Shown here piece by piece: positions 11,661-21,149 of a stretch of 64,000 bases of DNA. This DNA is from Myxococcota bacterium. GTDB lineage: Bacteria; Myxococcota_A; UBA796; SXON01. Location of the stretch: assembly GCA_040386535.1 (NCBI GenBank), contig JAZKFH010000002.1, positions 187,678 to 251,677 on the forward strand, read 5' to 3'. The translations under genes were made by a program, and so were the position numbers. A model generated the notes under the pieces. The model ran no database searches. It worked only from the letters and a program-made list of their open reading frames with translations, and was not told the DNA's origin. Positions within the stretch are counted from its first letter, which is position 1, and every line of letters begins with the position of its first letter.

Positions 11661-14057
11661 TCAGCGACCCTGCGCCACGAGCAGGATGTCCGCCAGCTCC
11701 TGGAGCGTGTAGGGCTTCTGGAGGAACGCGGTGGGGCCGCGCGGCAGCTTGCCGCCCATGGCCCCGGTCTCGTCGTAGCCGCTCGACACCACGACCGGCA
11801 GATCGGGATGGTGGTCACGGATGCGCGCGAGGGTCTCCTCGCCGTCCATGATGGGCATCGTCAGGTCGAGCAGCACCCCCAGGATGGGCGTGGCGTCGTC
11901 ATCCAGGACGCCGAGCGCGGTCGGGCCGTCCCCCGCTTCGATCACGCGGTACCCCAGGAACTCGAGGAGCAGCCGGGCCGTTGCGCGAACCTCCGGCTCG
12001 TCGTCCACGACGAGGATGGTGCCGACAGCGGGGCGCATCCGGGGAACCTCGACCTTGGAACCCGCCTCGGGCACGACCCCTTCCGCGGCGGGGAGGTACA
12101 CCATGCAGCGGGTCCCCTCGCCGGGCACGCTCTGGAAATGGATCGCGCCTCCGTGCGCGCGCACGATGCCGGTCACGGCCGAGAGGCCGAGGCCGCGCCC
12201 GATCCCCTTGGTGGAGAAGAACGGGTCGAACACGCGCGCCAGCACGTCCGGCCTCATGCCGGGGCCCGTGTCGACGACCTCGAACAGGACGTAGACCCCG
12301 GGGGGTGTGCCGAGCCGCGTGGCCTGCGCCTCCCCGAGCTCGTGGAGCGAGGTGGACACGCTCACGCGGCCGACCATGTCCCCCACGGCCTCGGCGGCGT
12401 TCATCACGAGGTTCATCACCACCTGTTGGAGGTGGCTGGGATCGGCCTGCACCGGAGGCAGGTTCGGCGAGAGGTGGAGATCCAGCACCACCTTCTTCGG
12501 GAAGGCGGTCTCCACGAGGCCGAGGATCTCGCGCACGTTCGCGGACAGGTCCAGGTGTTCGGTGCGGAACGGGGCCTTGCCAGCGTACGCCAGCAGCTGG
12601 CGCGTGAGGTTCTGGGCCCGGCGGGACGCGGTGACGATGTCGGAGAGCAGCGCCAGGTCGGCGCCGGCGGCCTCCGCCCGGATCACCGCGAGGGAGGCGT
12701 TGCCGAGGATCACCGCCAGCAGGTTGTTGAAGTCGTGGGCCACGCCGCTGGCGAGCAGGCCGAGGCTCTCGAGCTTCTGCGCGTGCAGGAGCTGGGCGTT
12801 GATCCGGTCGCGCTCGCGCTCGGCCTCGATGCGCCCGGTCACGTCGATCATGACCCCGCGCACGTGCCGCGGCTGCCTGTCGTGGTCGCGCATCACCCGC
12901 ACGACGTCGTGCATCCACACCGTGCGCCCGTCCCGCGCGATCACGCGGTACTCGAGCTCCTGGTCGCGCCCGCGACGGAGCGCCGCGCGCGAGCTCGTGG
13001 TGACCCGCTCGACGTCGTCGGGGTGGAGGATGGACCGCCAGAAGTGGGGCTCGTACCAGCGCTCGAGCGGGTACCCCAACACGCGCTCCGCCCACTCGCT
13101 CACGAACGTGAAGCTCGGCGAGTTGACCTCGGACTCCCAGACGATGACGTCGATGGAGTTCACGAGGTCCTGGAAGCGCGCGCGCACCGCTTCGGCCTCG
13201 AGGCGCGCCTGCACCTGCTCCGTCACCTCGACCGCGTGCATGGCGGTCCCGACGATTCGGGCCTCCGCGTCCCGCAGCGGGGCCCAGACGTAGTTGTACC
13301 ACCCCTCCGAGAGGCGGCCGTCCCCCGTGCGGTCGAACACGGCGCGCACCTCGTGCCCCGTGTAGGGCTCGCCGGTGGCGAACACGCGGTCGAGCCGGTC
13401 GAAGAAGCCCTGCGCGGACACCTCCGGGAGGGACTCCCGGCCGGGCCGGCCGTACAGATCGCGCGTCGGCCCGACCATCTGGAGGTAGCGGCCGTTCGCC
13501 ATCTCCAGCACGTGCTCGGGGCCGCTCCGGAGCGCCACGATCATCGGAGATTGCTCGACCAGCGTGCGCAAGCGGTGGCGCTCGGCGGCGACCCTGGCGG
13601 TGGCGGTACCGGCCTCCCGCGCGCGCTCGATGCGGCGGAGCGCGGAGGCCGCGAGGTCGACCACGAGGCCGAAGCGCTCCTCCATCTCCGAGCCCGGCTC
13701 GACCGCGGCGACGAAGACTGCGTCACGACGGCCGGGGGCGCCGCAGGGCCGGACATCCAGGCCCTGCCGGAGCGCGTGCTCACCTTGGCGAGGGGGATCC
13801 GGGAACGCCAGGAGTCGCCCGGAGGCGGCCACCCGCCGCAGCTCCGGCCCGCCGGTGGACCACGCCGCGACGTCGGTGATGCCGAGCGCCAGGGCCGCCT
13901 CGACGCCCACGTGGAGCACCGCGCCCTCGTCGTCCGCGGCCTCGAGGTCACGGATGAGCGCGCGCAGGAGCGCCACCATGTCGCTGGCGCTGCCCGTACC
14001 GTCGACGCCGACCTCGCTCACACGCCTCTCCGGGCACGCTCCTATCCGGAAGTCCAC
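11661..14057 (-). CDS. Hybrid sensor histidine kinase (PAS-PAS-HisKA-HATPase-REC); start uncertain (alternative ATG 13979)
   Basis: Two PAS domains, GVAHDFNNLL, NLVMNA, DTGPG, PFFSTKG..RGLGL, VVDDE...LDLTMP receiver. Confidence 0.93.
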   Translation of the reverse strand: MDFRIGACPERRVSEVGVDGTGSASDMVALLRALIRDLEAADDEGAVLHVGVEAALALGITDVAAWSTGGPELRRVAASGRLLAFPDPPRQGEHALRQGLDVRPCGAPGRRDAVFVAAVEPGSEMEERFGLVVDLAASALRRIERAREAGTATARVAAERHRLRTLVEQSPMIVALRSGPEHVLEMANGRYLQMVGPTRDLYGRPGRESLPEVSAQGFFDRLDRVFATGEPYTGHEVRAVFDRTGDGRLSEGWYNYVWAPLRDAEARIVGTAMHAVEVTEQVQARLEAEAVRARFQDLVNSIDVIVWESEVNSPSFTFVSEWAERVLGYPLERWYEPHFWRSILHPDDVERVTTSSRAALRRGRDQELEYRVIARDGRTVWMHDVVRVMRDHDRQPRHVRGVMIDVTGRIEAERERDRINAQLLHAQKLESLGLLASGVAHDFNNLLAVILGNASLAVIRAEAAGADLALLSDIVTASRRAQNLTRQLLAYAGKAPFRTEHLDLSANVREILGLVETAFPKKVVLDLHLSPNLPPVQADPSHLQQVVMNLVMNAAEAVGDMVGRVSVSTSLHELGEAQATRLGTPPGVYVLFEVVDTGPGMRPDVLARVFDPFFSTKGIGRGLGLSAVTGIVRAHGGAIHFQSVPGEGTRCMVYLPAAEGVVPEAGSKVEVPRMRPAVGTILVVDDEPEVRATARLLLEFLGYRVIEAGDGPTALGVLDDDATPILGVLLDLTMPIMDGEETLARIRDHHPDLPVVVSSGYDETGAMGGKLPRGPTAFLQKPYTLQELADILLVAQGR

Positions 14058-14085
14058 TTCTTGCGACTTTCGCGAAAGAGGCGCG

Positions 14086-14355
14086 TCACGCCGGAATTGG
14101 CTCCTGCTCGCCGGGAGGGCGCGCCGTCGGCTCGATCGGGACGGGGATGGGCTCGGGCGTGGGTGGAGGCTCCGGGACGGGCGCGGGGTCGGGATCCGGC
14201 TCCGGCGTCGGGTCCGGCACCGGCTCGGGGATGGGATTCGGGGGCTCCGGCGCGGGCTCCGGCGCAGGAACCGGAGATGGGGTCGGCACCTCCGGCGGCA
14301 TGGCCCGCGGGCAGCCCATCAGGGCCAGACCCAACAATCCGACCATGCGTCCCAT
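14086..14355 (-). CDS. Small Pro/Glu-repeat putative lipoprotein
   Basis: GGAGG RBS, MGRMVGLLGLALMGC lipobox-like, then (P-E/D-P-x)n. Confidence 0.65.
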   Translation of the reverse strand: MGRMVGLLGLALMGCPRAMPPEVPTPSPVPAPEPAPEPPNPIPEPVPDPTPEPDPDPAPVPEPPPTPEPIPVPIEPTARPPGEQEPIPA

Positions 14356-14440
14356 CCTCACCTCCCCCGTGAACCTAAGCGCCGCCACGCCGAGGGCCGG
14401 TGGGGTGGTCTCCGGGGCGTCCGCTCCGTTAGAAGGCGGA

Positions 14441-15103
14441 ATGTTCCTCGTCTCCGTCGTGAATTCCAAGGGTGGCTGCGGGAAGACCACCCTCTCCACC
14501 CACCTCGCGGCCCGGTACGCCGGCCAGGGGCATCGCTGCGTCCTCGGGGACCTCGATCGGCAGCAGAGCGCCATCGAGTGGGTGGAGCGGCGGCCGCCCT
14601 CCCTCCCCATGATCGAGGCGCTCGCGCTCGACATCGACGCGATGGCGCTCCCTTTCGACGAGGGCCGCATGGTCATCGACGTGCCGGCGGGGATGAAGCG
14701 CAAGGCGCTCGAGATCGTCGTGCGGGCGTCGGATGCCCTGGTCGTCCCGCTCCTCCCCTCGGTCTTCGACGAGCGCGGCACCGCGCGGTTCCTGGACGTG
14801 TTGAACGAGCTCAAGCCCATCCGGAAGGGGCGCCGGCCGGTGGCGATCGTCGCCAACCGCGTGCGCACGAACAGCGCCGCGGCCCGCCAGTTGAACACGT
14901 TCCTGGAGGGCCTGGAGATCCCCACGGTGGCCCGCTTGTCGGATGCGCAGCACTACGTTGCCGCCGCGGGATCCGGGATCACCTTCTTCGACCTGCCGGC
15001 TTCCCGGGGCAAGGGCCCACGGGCCGAGTGGGCGCCGCTGCTCGCCTTCCTGGACGCGCTGTCGGACGTGCAGGATCTCGCCGAGGGCAGCGCGACGGGC
15101 TGA
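14441..15103 (+). CDS. Orphan ParA/MinD-family ATPase
   Basis: Deviant Walker A KGGCGKTT, DLDRQ, VIDVP, VANRV. Confidence 0.9.
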   Translation: MFLVSVVNSKGGCGKTTLSTHLAARYAGQGHRCVLGDLDRQQSAIEWVERRPPSLPMIEALALDIDAMALPFDEGRMVIDVPAGMKRKALEIVVRASDALVVPLLPSVFDERGTARFLDVLNELKPIRKGRRPVAIVANRVRTNSAAARQLNTFLEGLEIPTVARLSDAQHYVAAAGSGITFFDLPASRGKGPRAEWAPLLAFLDALSDVQDLAEGSATG

Positions 15104-15173
15104 AGGCGGACGACCAGCGCTTCACTCGGCGCTGACCGCTCCTATGTTCTCCCGAGGAACGGGGGAACCACGG

Positions 15174-17465
15174 ATGAGCCGCCTCAACAGCGGGTTTATG
15201 CTCCTTTCGTGCCTCGGGATCGTGGCGATTGCCGCGAACGGGCACATGCAGGAGCGGAGGCCCAGCGAGGGAGCACCCTCCGTACGGCGCGCGTCGCCAC
15301 GAACGTGGGCGGACGACCATGTCGTGGTCCTGCCACGCCCCGGCTATTCGCTCGCGGATCTCGCGCCTTCGCTGCGGAGCCGCGTCATGCGGGAGCCCGG
15401 GCCCGCGGGCTATGGCGCGCTGGAGATCCCGACAGGCCTCACGCGCAACGCCTTCCTGGACATGTTGCGCCGGGACGGGCGGGTCTTGCGCGCGGCGCCG
15501 GATGGCATCATCCAGGGCGCCTCGGATGTGTATGTCTCCGGCGACGACCGGCCGGCGCGAAGAGCTGTATCGCGCGCCCGTTGGCACATCGTGGCGTCCA
15601 ATCCGCCGGCGGACGGTGACGCGAAAGGGATCACGATCGCGCTGCTCGACACCGGCGTTGCCTATGAGGATCATTCGGCGGGAGGCCTCGATTATCGACG
15701 AGCCCCCTCGTTGGCGGGCGTCCGGTTCGTGGCGCCTTGGGACTTCATCAATGGCGACGCACACCCGAACGACGACCACCAACATGGCACCCACCTCGCG
15801 AGCCTGATCGCGGCGGCCGGCGCCTACCCGGGCATCGCGCCGGGTGTGTCGATCATGCCGATCAAGGTGTTGGATCGCGACAATGTCGGGACCGAGCTCG
15901 CGTTGGTGGATGGCATCGTGCACGCCGTGACACACGGCGCCGACATCATCAACATGAGCCTCTCGTTTGGGCGCGGCTACGTCCCCTCCCGCATGTTGGT
16001 CGAAGCGTTGGAGCGCGCCGCCGCGTCCGGGGCCGTGCTGGTCGCCGCCGCGGGCAACGACGGCGGGGAGTACGTGTCACAGCCCGCGGCCAATCCGCTC
16101 GTCGTCGCGGTCGGCGCGAACCGGCCCGAGGGGGTCGCGGTGTACGGCGCCGCGCCCTACAGCAACGCGAGCCCGCGGGTGGATCTGATGGCGCCGGGCG
16201 GCTCGGTGGACGAGGACCGCGACGGCGACGGGCTCCTGGACGGGGTCATCGGCGAGACCATCGCGCTCGGAGACCCGAGCCGCACCGGCTACTGGCTCTA
16301 CGCCGGCACGAGCCAGGCGACGGCGTTGGTGAGCGGCGCGGCCGCCCGGCTGCTCGCCGATGGGCGTCGGGCCGACGAGATCCGTGTCCTGCTCCAGGGC
16401 AGCGCCGCGGTCGAGTCCTACATCCACACCGACTGGGTGGACGGCCGGGGGCGCGGCCGCCTCGACGTGACGAACGCGCTGGCGCTCGGCCGTGGCGCGA
16501 TCCGGCCGGTCGCGCGTGGGTTCTCCGTGGCGCTCCTCGGTTGGCTCGCGGCCGCCGACGACGACACGACCGTGCGGCCCGCCGCGCGCGTCACCGTGTT
16601 GGACGAACAGCTGCTCCCCGCCGTCGGCGTGCAGGTCGTGGGCACCTTCGCGGGCGTCTCCGACCTGTCGTTCACGTGTGTCACCGACGCCGAGGGCATG
16701 TGCTCGGTCGTGGGGCCCGCGGCGCCGGCCACCGATCTCGGCGCGTGGACGGTCTCCGCCGACGACGTGGTGGTGGGCGGCGTGTCGCACCATCCGCGCA
16801 CCGCGTTGTACGCCAGCGAGGGCCTCCAGGCGCTGCTCCACGAGATGCGCGTCAACCCCGACCTCGTCGGCACCGTGCCCGTGTGGCGCTGGCGCGCCCA
16901 GGAGCACCCGATGCTCGGGCGGGTCGCGGCCTCCTACGTGGTGGGAAACCTCGGCACCGGCATCGCCACGTCGCCCCAGGTGGTCGTCGCGACCCCCGGC
17001 GCGCTCGGGCGCTCGACGCTGCTCGCGAACGGCGTGTTCGAGGTGGGCGGCGGCGCACCCGCATCCCACCCCGTGACCGTGAGCGCCAGGACCACCCCCC
17101 GGTGCGACGGCGGCGCCGCCGCCTGGGAGGTGCTGGACCTCGCGGACGCGGACGTCACCGCGCTGGTGCTGGACGCGACCGGCCTCGGCGACACCCCGTT
17201 GGCGCTCGGCACCCCCGAGCTGATGAGCGGCGGGGGCGCGCGCGCCTGCGCCCTCGATTCGCAGCCCTTCGTGGTGGCCACCGGCGAGCGCCTGGATCTG
17301 TCGCACGGCACCAGCGCGCAGCTCTCGGCCTCCCCCATCGGCGAGTGGCTCGCGGACGGCGGGTGGACCACCCCGAGCGGCGAGCCCGCGGCCACCGCGA
17401 TCGCGGCCAGCGTCATCGCGGCGGGGGCGCACGGTCGGCTCGCGGGTTCGGGGAGCAGCCGGTAG
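15174..17465 (+). CDS. Secreted S8 (subtilisin-like) serine peptidase with unknown C-terminal domains
   Basis: Triad LLDTG / HGTH / GTSQAT, oxyanion AAAGN, N-terminal hydrophobic segment. Confidence 0.92.
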   Translation: MSRLNSGFMLLSCLGIVAIAANGHMQERRPSEGAPSVRRASPRTWADDHVVVLPRPGYSLADLAPSLRSRVMREPGPAGYGALEIPTGLTRNAFLDMLRRDGRVLRAAPDGIIQGASDVYVSGDDRPARRAVSRARWHIVASNPPADGDAKGITIALLDTGVAYEDHSAGGLDYRRAPSLAGVRFVAPWDFINGDAHPNDDHQHGTHLASLIAAAGAYPGIAPGVSIMPIKVLDRDNVGTELALVDGIVHAVTHGADIINMSLSFGRGYVPSRMLVEALERAAASGAVLVAAAGNDGGEYVSQPAANPLVVAVGANRPEGVAVYGAAPYSNASPRVDLMAPGGSVDEDRDGDGLLDGVIGETIALGDPSRTGYWLYAGTSQATALVSGAAARLLADGRRADEIRVLLQGSAAVESYIHTDWVDGRGRGRLDVTNALALGRGAIRPVARGFSVALLGWLAAADDDTTVRPAARVTVLDEQLLPAVGVQVVGTFAGVSDLSFTCVTDAEGMCSVVGPAAPATDLGAWTVSADDVVVGGVSHHPRTALYASEGLQALLHEMRVNPDLVGTVPVWRWRAQEHPMLGRVAASYVVGNLGTGIATSPQVVVATPGALGRSTLLANGVFEVGGGAPASHPVTVSARTTPRCDGGAAAWEVLDLADADVTALVLDATGLGDTPLALGTPELMSGGGARACALDSQPFVVATGERLDLSHGTSAQLSASPIGEWLADGGWTTPSGEPAATAIAASVIAAGAHGRLAGSGSSR

Positions 17466-17551
17466 GCGGGCGTCCGTCGGTCCGCCTCGGGAGCGCGGGC
17501 TCGACAAGCGCTCCCGGCCCGGTGCATCGTGTGGCGGCCGAGGTCCCGCCC

Positions 17552-19744
17552 ATGCTCCTGTGGCTCATCGCCTGCACGTCACCCGGATCGAAGGACGACA
17601 GCGCGTCCGACAGCGCGTCCGTCCCCGAGCCGGTGCCCGGCCCCGCGTGGGACGCCGCCGCGCCGCTCGTGGACTGCACGCCCGGCGGGGACGCGCCGCT
17701 GCTCGAGACCGCCCTCGCGGACGCAAACCTCGCCCGCGAGGACGTCGGCTACACCGACCGCCAGTGGACACAGTGGGGCGCCTACGTCGAAAACGCGTTC
17801 GTGCTCTCCTGGTACACCACGGTGCACCACGCGCCGGAGCAGGTGCCGTGTTTCGCTGGCCAGCTCACGACGGACCTCGACGCCGCCGCCGCCACGCCGC
17901 ACCCGGTCGCGGGGCTGCTCACCGCGCTCGCGGGCCGAGTGGACGCGCCGCTTGCCGCCGACCCGGTGGACCCCGGGGAGACGACGCTGGAGGACGCGGT
18001 GTCGTACCTCCTCGAAATCACCGGTGATACATCTGCTGATACATCGGATGTATCAGCGCTCGACCCGGCGCTCGCCGACGCCCTGGTCCCGATCGTGCTC
18101 GCCGTCGCCGATGCCGTCGCCACCCGGCACCTGCTGGACGCCGCGCTCGAGGAGAACGGCTGGGGCGCCAACAAGGCCTACAACCAGGGCCCGGGCCTGG
18201 TCATCGACGTGGGCCGCGCCTTCCCCGACTACTCCGACCCCGAGGAGCTCGCGGCGTTCACGACCTGGTACCTCTCCGACCTGGGCCCGCGCGCGCTGAT
18301 CGACCCGGCGCGTCGCGTCGCGTTCGCCATCGAGGACGCCGACCTGGCCCGCTTCGTCGGGATGGACGCCGCGCTGCGCATCGACACCTCGGCCGGCGCG
18401 ATCCTCCTCTCGCCCGGCACCGACGACATCCACGGCGACGACGAGGGCGCGCTGCTCCTGCACCTCGAGTTCGGGGGCGACGACACCTACACCGGCGGCG
18501 CCGGCGCCACGCTCGACGGTGACAACCCCGTGTCCGTGCTGGTCGACCTCGGTGGGAACGACGCCTACGGCTACACCATCGTCGCCGACGCCAACGACGT
18601 AGCCGGGGTCCTCGCCTCGGATGAGGACGGGCGATCGAGCGCCAACGGCTACTACGTGTCCGCGTCGATGACCGGCCGCCAGGGCTCCGGGCGCCACGGC
18701 ATCGGCATGCTCTACGATCTGGGCGGCACCGCCGACACCTACGCCTCGCTCCGCATGAGCCAGGGCTTCGGCTCCCTCGGCGTGGGCGTGCTGGCGGACG
18801 ACGGCGGCGACGACACCTACGCCGCCGAGACGGGTGCCCAGGGCGCGGGCGTGTTCGGCTTCGGGCTGCTCTACGACGGCGGTGGCACCGACTCGTACCG
18901 CGCGTGGAGCAACGCGCAGGGCTTCGGCTACGTGGGCTCGGGCGGCCTCGCCTACGACCGCGACGGGGACGACACCTGGTGGTCCGATCCCGGCAACGAC
19001 TACGGCGGCACCACGCTCTACTACTCCCCGCAGCTCGCGTCGGGCCAGGGCAACAGCTCCTTCACCCAGGGCGCCGGCTTCGGGCTGCGCGGCGACACCT
19101 ACAGCGTGTGGCTCGCGGGCGGGTTGGGTGTGTTGCGGGACGCGGCGGGGAACGACGCCTACACCGCGGGCGTGTTCGCGCAGGCCACCGGCTACTGGGA
19201 AGGCACGGGCGTGCTCGCGGACGGCGCCGGGAACGACACCTACGACGCCCTCTGGTACATCCAGGGCGGCGCGGCCCACTTCGCGCTCGCCATCCTGGTC
19301 GACACCGCCGGGAACGATGAGTACAACCCGAACTTCACGCCCTACAACGTGATGCTCGGCTCCGGCCACGACTTCTCGGTGGGCGTGGCGATCGACGGCG
19401 CCGGAGATGACGTGTACCACTACACCACCCTCGCGGCGGGCGCGTCGAACTGCCAGGGCGTGGGCGTGTTCGTCGACAACGACGGCGCCGACACCTACCG
19501 CGCGGATTCCGCCTACTCGACCGGGCTCGGCAACCACTCGACCGAGTGCGCCACGCGCCTGACGACCGACTCCGAAGGGTTCTTCCTCGACAGCGGCGGG
19601 GACGTGGACACCTACGTGTGGCCGGCCGGCGACACCCGCGCCCCGGCGAACGACACCTCGTTCGGGATCGCGTGGGCCGGCACGTCCGACGAGCACGGGG
19701 GCGCCGTGGATGGCGACGGCGGGACGGGGTTCCGCGCCTACTAG
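17552..19744 (+). CDS. Lipoprotein with about 12 D-x-x-G-x-D-x-Y / (S/A/T)QG-x-G repeats (putative Ca-binding beta-solenoid)
   Basis: MLLWLIAC lipobox; repeats such as DLGGNDAY, DDGGDDTY, DGAGNDTY. Confidence 0.8.
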   Translation: MLLWLIACTSPGSKDDSASDSASVPEPVPGPAWDAAAPLVDCTPGGDAPLLETALADANLAREDVGYTDRQWTQWGAYVENAFVLSWYTTVHHAPEQVPCFAGQLTTDLDAAAATPHPVAGLLTALAGRVDAPLAADPVDPGETTLEDAVSYLLEITGDTSADTSDVSALDPALADALVPIVLAVADAVATRHLLDAALEENGWGANKAYNQGPGLVIDVGRAFPDYSDPEELAAFTTWYLSDLGPRALIDPARRVAFAIEDADLARFVGMDAALRIDTSAGAILLSPGTDDIHGDDEGALLLHLEFGGDDTYTGGAGATLDGDNPVSVLVDLGGNDAYGYTIVADANDVAGVLASDEDGRSSANGYYVSASMTGRQGSGRHGIGMLYDLGGTADTYASLRMSQGFGSLGVGVLADDGGDDTYAAETGAQGAGVFGFGLLYDGGGTDSYRAWSNAQGFGYVGSGGLAYDRDGDDTWWSDPGNDYGGTTLYYSPQLASGQGNSSFTQGAGFGLRGDTYSVWLAGGLGVLRDAAGNDAYTAGVFAQATGYWEGTGVLADGAGNDTYDALWYIQGGAAHFALAILVDTAGNDEYNPNFTPYNVMLGSGHDFSVGVAIDGAGDDVYHYTTLAAGASNCQGVGVFVDNDGADTYRADSAYSTGLGNHSTECATRLTTDSEGFFLDSGGDVDTYVWPAGDTRAPANDTSFGIAWAGTSDEHGGAVDGDGGTGFRAY
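18025..18057. repeat. GATACATC motif cluster 3, intragenic perfect palindrome
   Basis: TGATACATC (18025-18033) then GCTGATACATC-G-GATGTATCAGC (18035-18057). Confidence 0.9.
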
Positions 19745-21060
19745 GGACCGTATTGGCGCCGACGGCGGGCCAGGCGCAGGGCGCCAAGGAGGGCCCCGCC
19801 GAGCTTGGAGACATCCGGGAGGCCGCCCCCCCCGTCACACGCGCACCCCGCCGCCTCTTCGATGACCTGGCCCTTCGGCGGTCGGCGCGGCCGGTCCGTG
19901 TCCTCGGGGATGTCCGAGTCCGTGGTTCCCGGGCCCGTGTCCTCCGGCAGGTGGCTCGCGGCGTCGACCGCCGCCCAGAGCACCGGGTCGTTGCCGTCGT
20001 ACCCGATCGCCCAGAAGCCGAAGCCGGCGAGCCCCTGGTCCACCGCCCACTCCATCTTCACCGAGAGCGAGTCCGCGTCGTCGTACCAGGCCTGGCGCGT
20101 GGACGAGCTCGAATACCAGGGCGTGTCGCTCCCCACGTCGTAGGACCGACCATAGGTGCCCGCGTCGGCCACCGCGGTGCTGTAGATCACGCTCCACCCG
20201 TCGTCTGTCGTGTCCGCGGGCACGCCCGTTGCGTCGGCGACCGGCCACTCCTGCCCGTAGGTCGGCAAGCCGAGCACGATCTTGTCCGCCGGGGCGCCGG
20301 TGGCGAGGTAGTCGGCGACGGTCCAATCGAGCGCCCAGCGGCTCCAGAGGTCCCCCGCCGACAACGGCGAGTTGGGCCCCGCGCCGCCGCCCGTGTAGTG
20401 GTAGGCGTACCCCATGATGAAGAGACCGTCGCTCGCGTCCGCCAACGCCGGATAGTCCCACGCGTCGTTCCAGTCGACCGCGGGGGTGGCCAGCCACACC
20501 TCCCCGACCCGGGCGCGCAGCTCCGTCACGAACGTCACGAGATCGGCGCGCCGCGCGACGGGCAGCCCCTCGAAGTCGACGTTCACGCCGTCCGCGCCGT
20601 AGGTGTCCACCAGCTCGGCCAGGGCGTCGATGGTGACGGCGCGGCGGCTCGGCGAGGCGAGCACGGCGTCCATCACGTCCCCGTCGAACGACGTGATGCA
20701 CAGGTGCACCTTCACGCCCGCCGCGTGCCCGAGCGTCACCGCCTCCCGCGCCACGCCGGTCCAGCGCGACTGGCTGGACACCGAGCCGTCCGACTCGAGG
20801 TCCACGTTGAAGATGGCGAGGTGGGTCAGGTGGGCCCACGGCACCTCGTCGGGCCCCACGGTCCAGTACGGAAGGTAGCCGTACACCACCTTGTCCGGTG
20901 GGTCGGCGGGTGGCGCGGGCGGGGGGCCGGGCGCGCGGGAGAGGCCGAGCGGCCGCGTAGCGAGCGTGGCGTGCGCGGCGTGGGCCCCCGGGCCCGGGAC
21001 CGGAGCACCGTCACGCGCGAGCGCCGGCGGGAGGAGGGCCGAGAGGACCAGCGGGAGCAT
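19741..21060 (-). CDS. GH18 glycoside hydrolase (chitinase-like) with MYXO-CTERM-like tail
   Basis: VYGYLPYW, DGVNVDFE catalytic motif, IMGY, LGLPTYG, GFGFWAIGYD; C-term GCAC..hydrophobic..RRRR. Confidence 0.9.
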   Translation of the reverse strand: MLPLVLSALLPPALARDGAPVPGPGAHAAHATLATRPLGLSRAPGPPPAPPADPPDKVVYGYLPYWTVGPDEVPWAHLTHLAIFNVDLESDGSVSSQSRWTGVAREAVTLGHAAGVKVHLCITSFDGDVMDAVLASPSRRAVTIDALAELVDTYGADGVNVDFEGLPVARRADLVTFVTELRARVGEVWLATPAVDWNDAWDYPALADASDGLFIMGYAYHYTGGGAGPNSPLSAGDLWSRWALDWTVADYLATGAPADKIVLGLPTYGQEWPVADATGVPADTTDDGWSVIYSTAVADAGTYGRSYDVGSDTPWYSSSSTRQAWYDDADSLSVKMEWAVDQGLAGFGFWAIGYDGNDPVLWAAVDAASHLPEDTGPGTTDSDIPEDTDRPRRPPKGQVIEEAAGCACDGGGGLPDVSKLGGALLGALRLARRRRQYGP

Positions 21061-21149
21061 GTCCGGGTCCTAAGCCGACGACCGGGGTGGCGCCGCTTTA
21101 CGCCGCTCGCAAAGCACCTACGTCTATCGGCCAACATCCGGGAGGAGAG

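Noticed and set aside
15737..17551. N-terminal 605 aa of the 1335-aa ORF and similar long upstream extensions in the ORF track (25589, 14943, 53307, 37504)
   Set aside because: Overlap neighbouring genes or have non-coding character; better starts with lipobox, signal peptide or RBS chosen downstream
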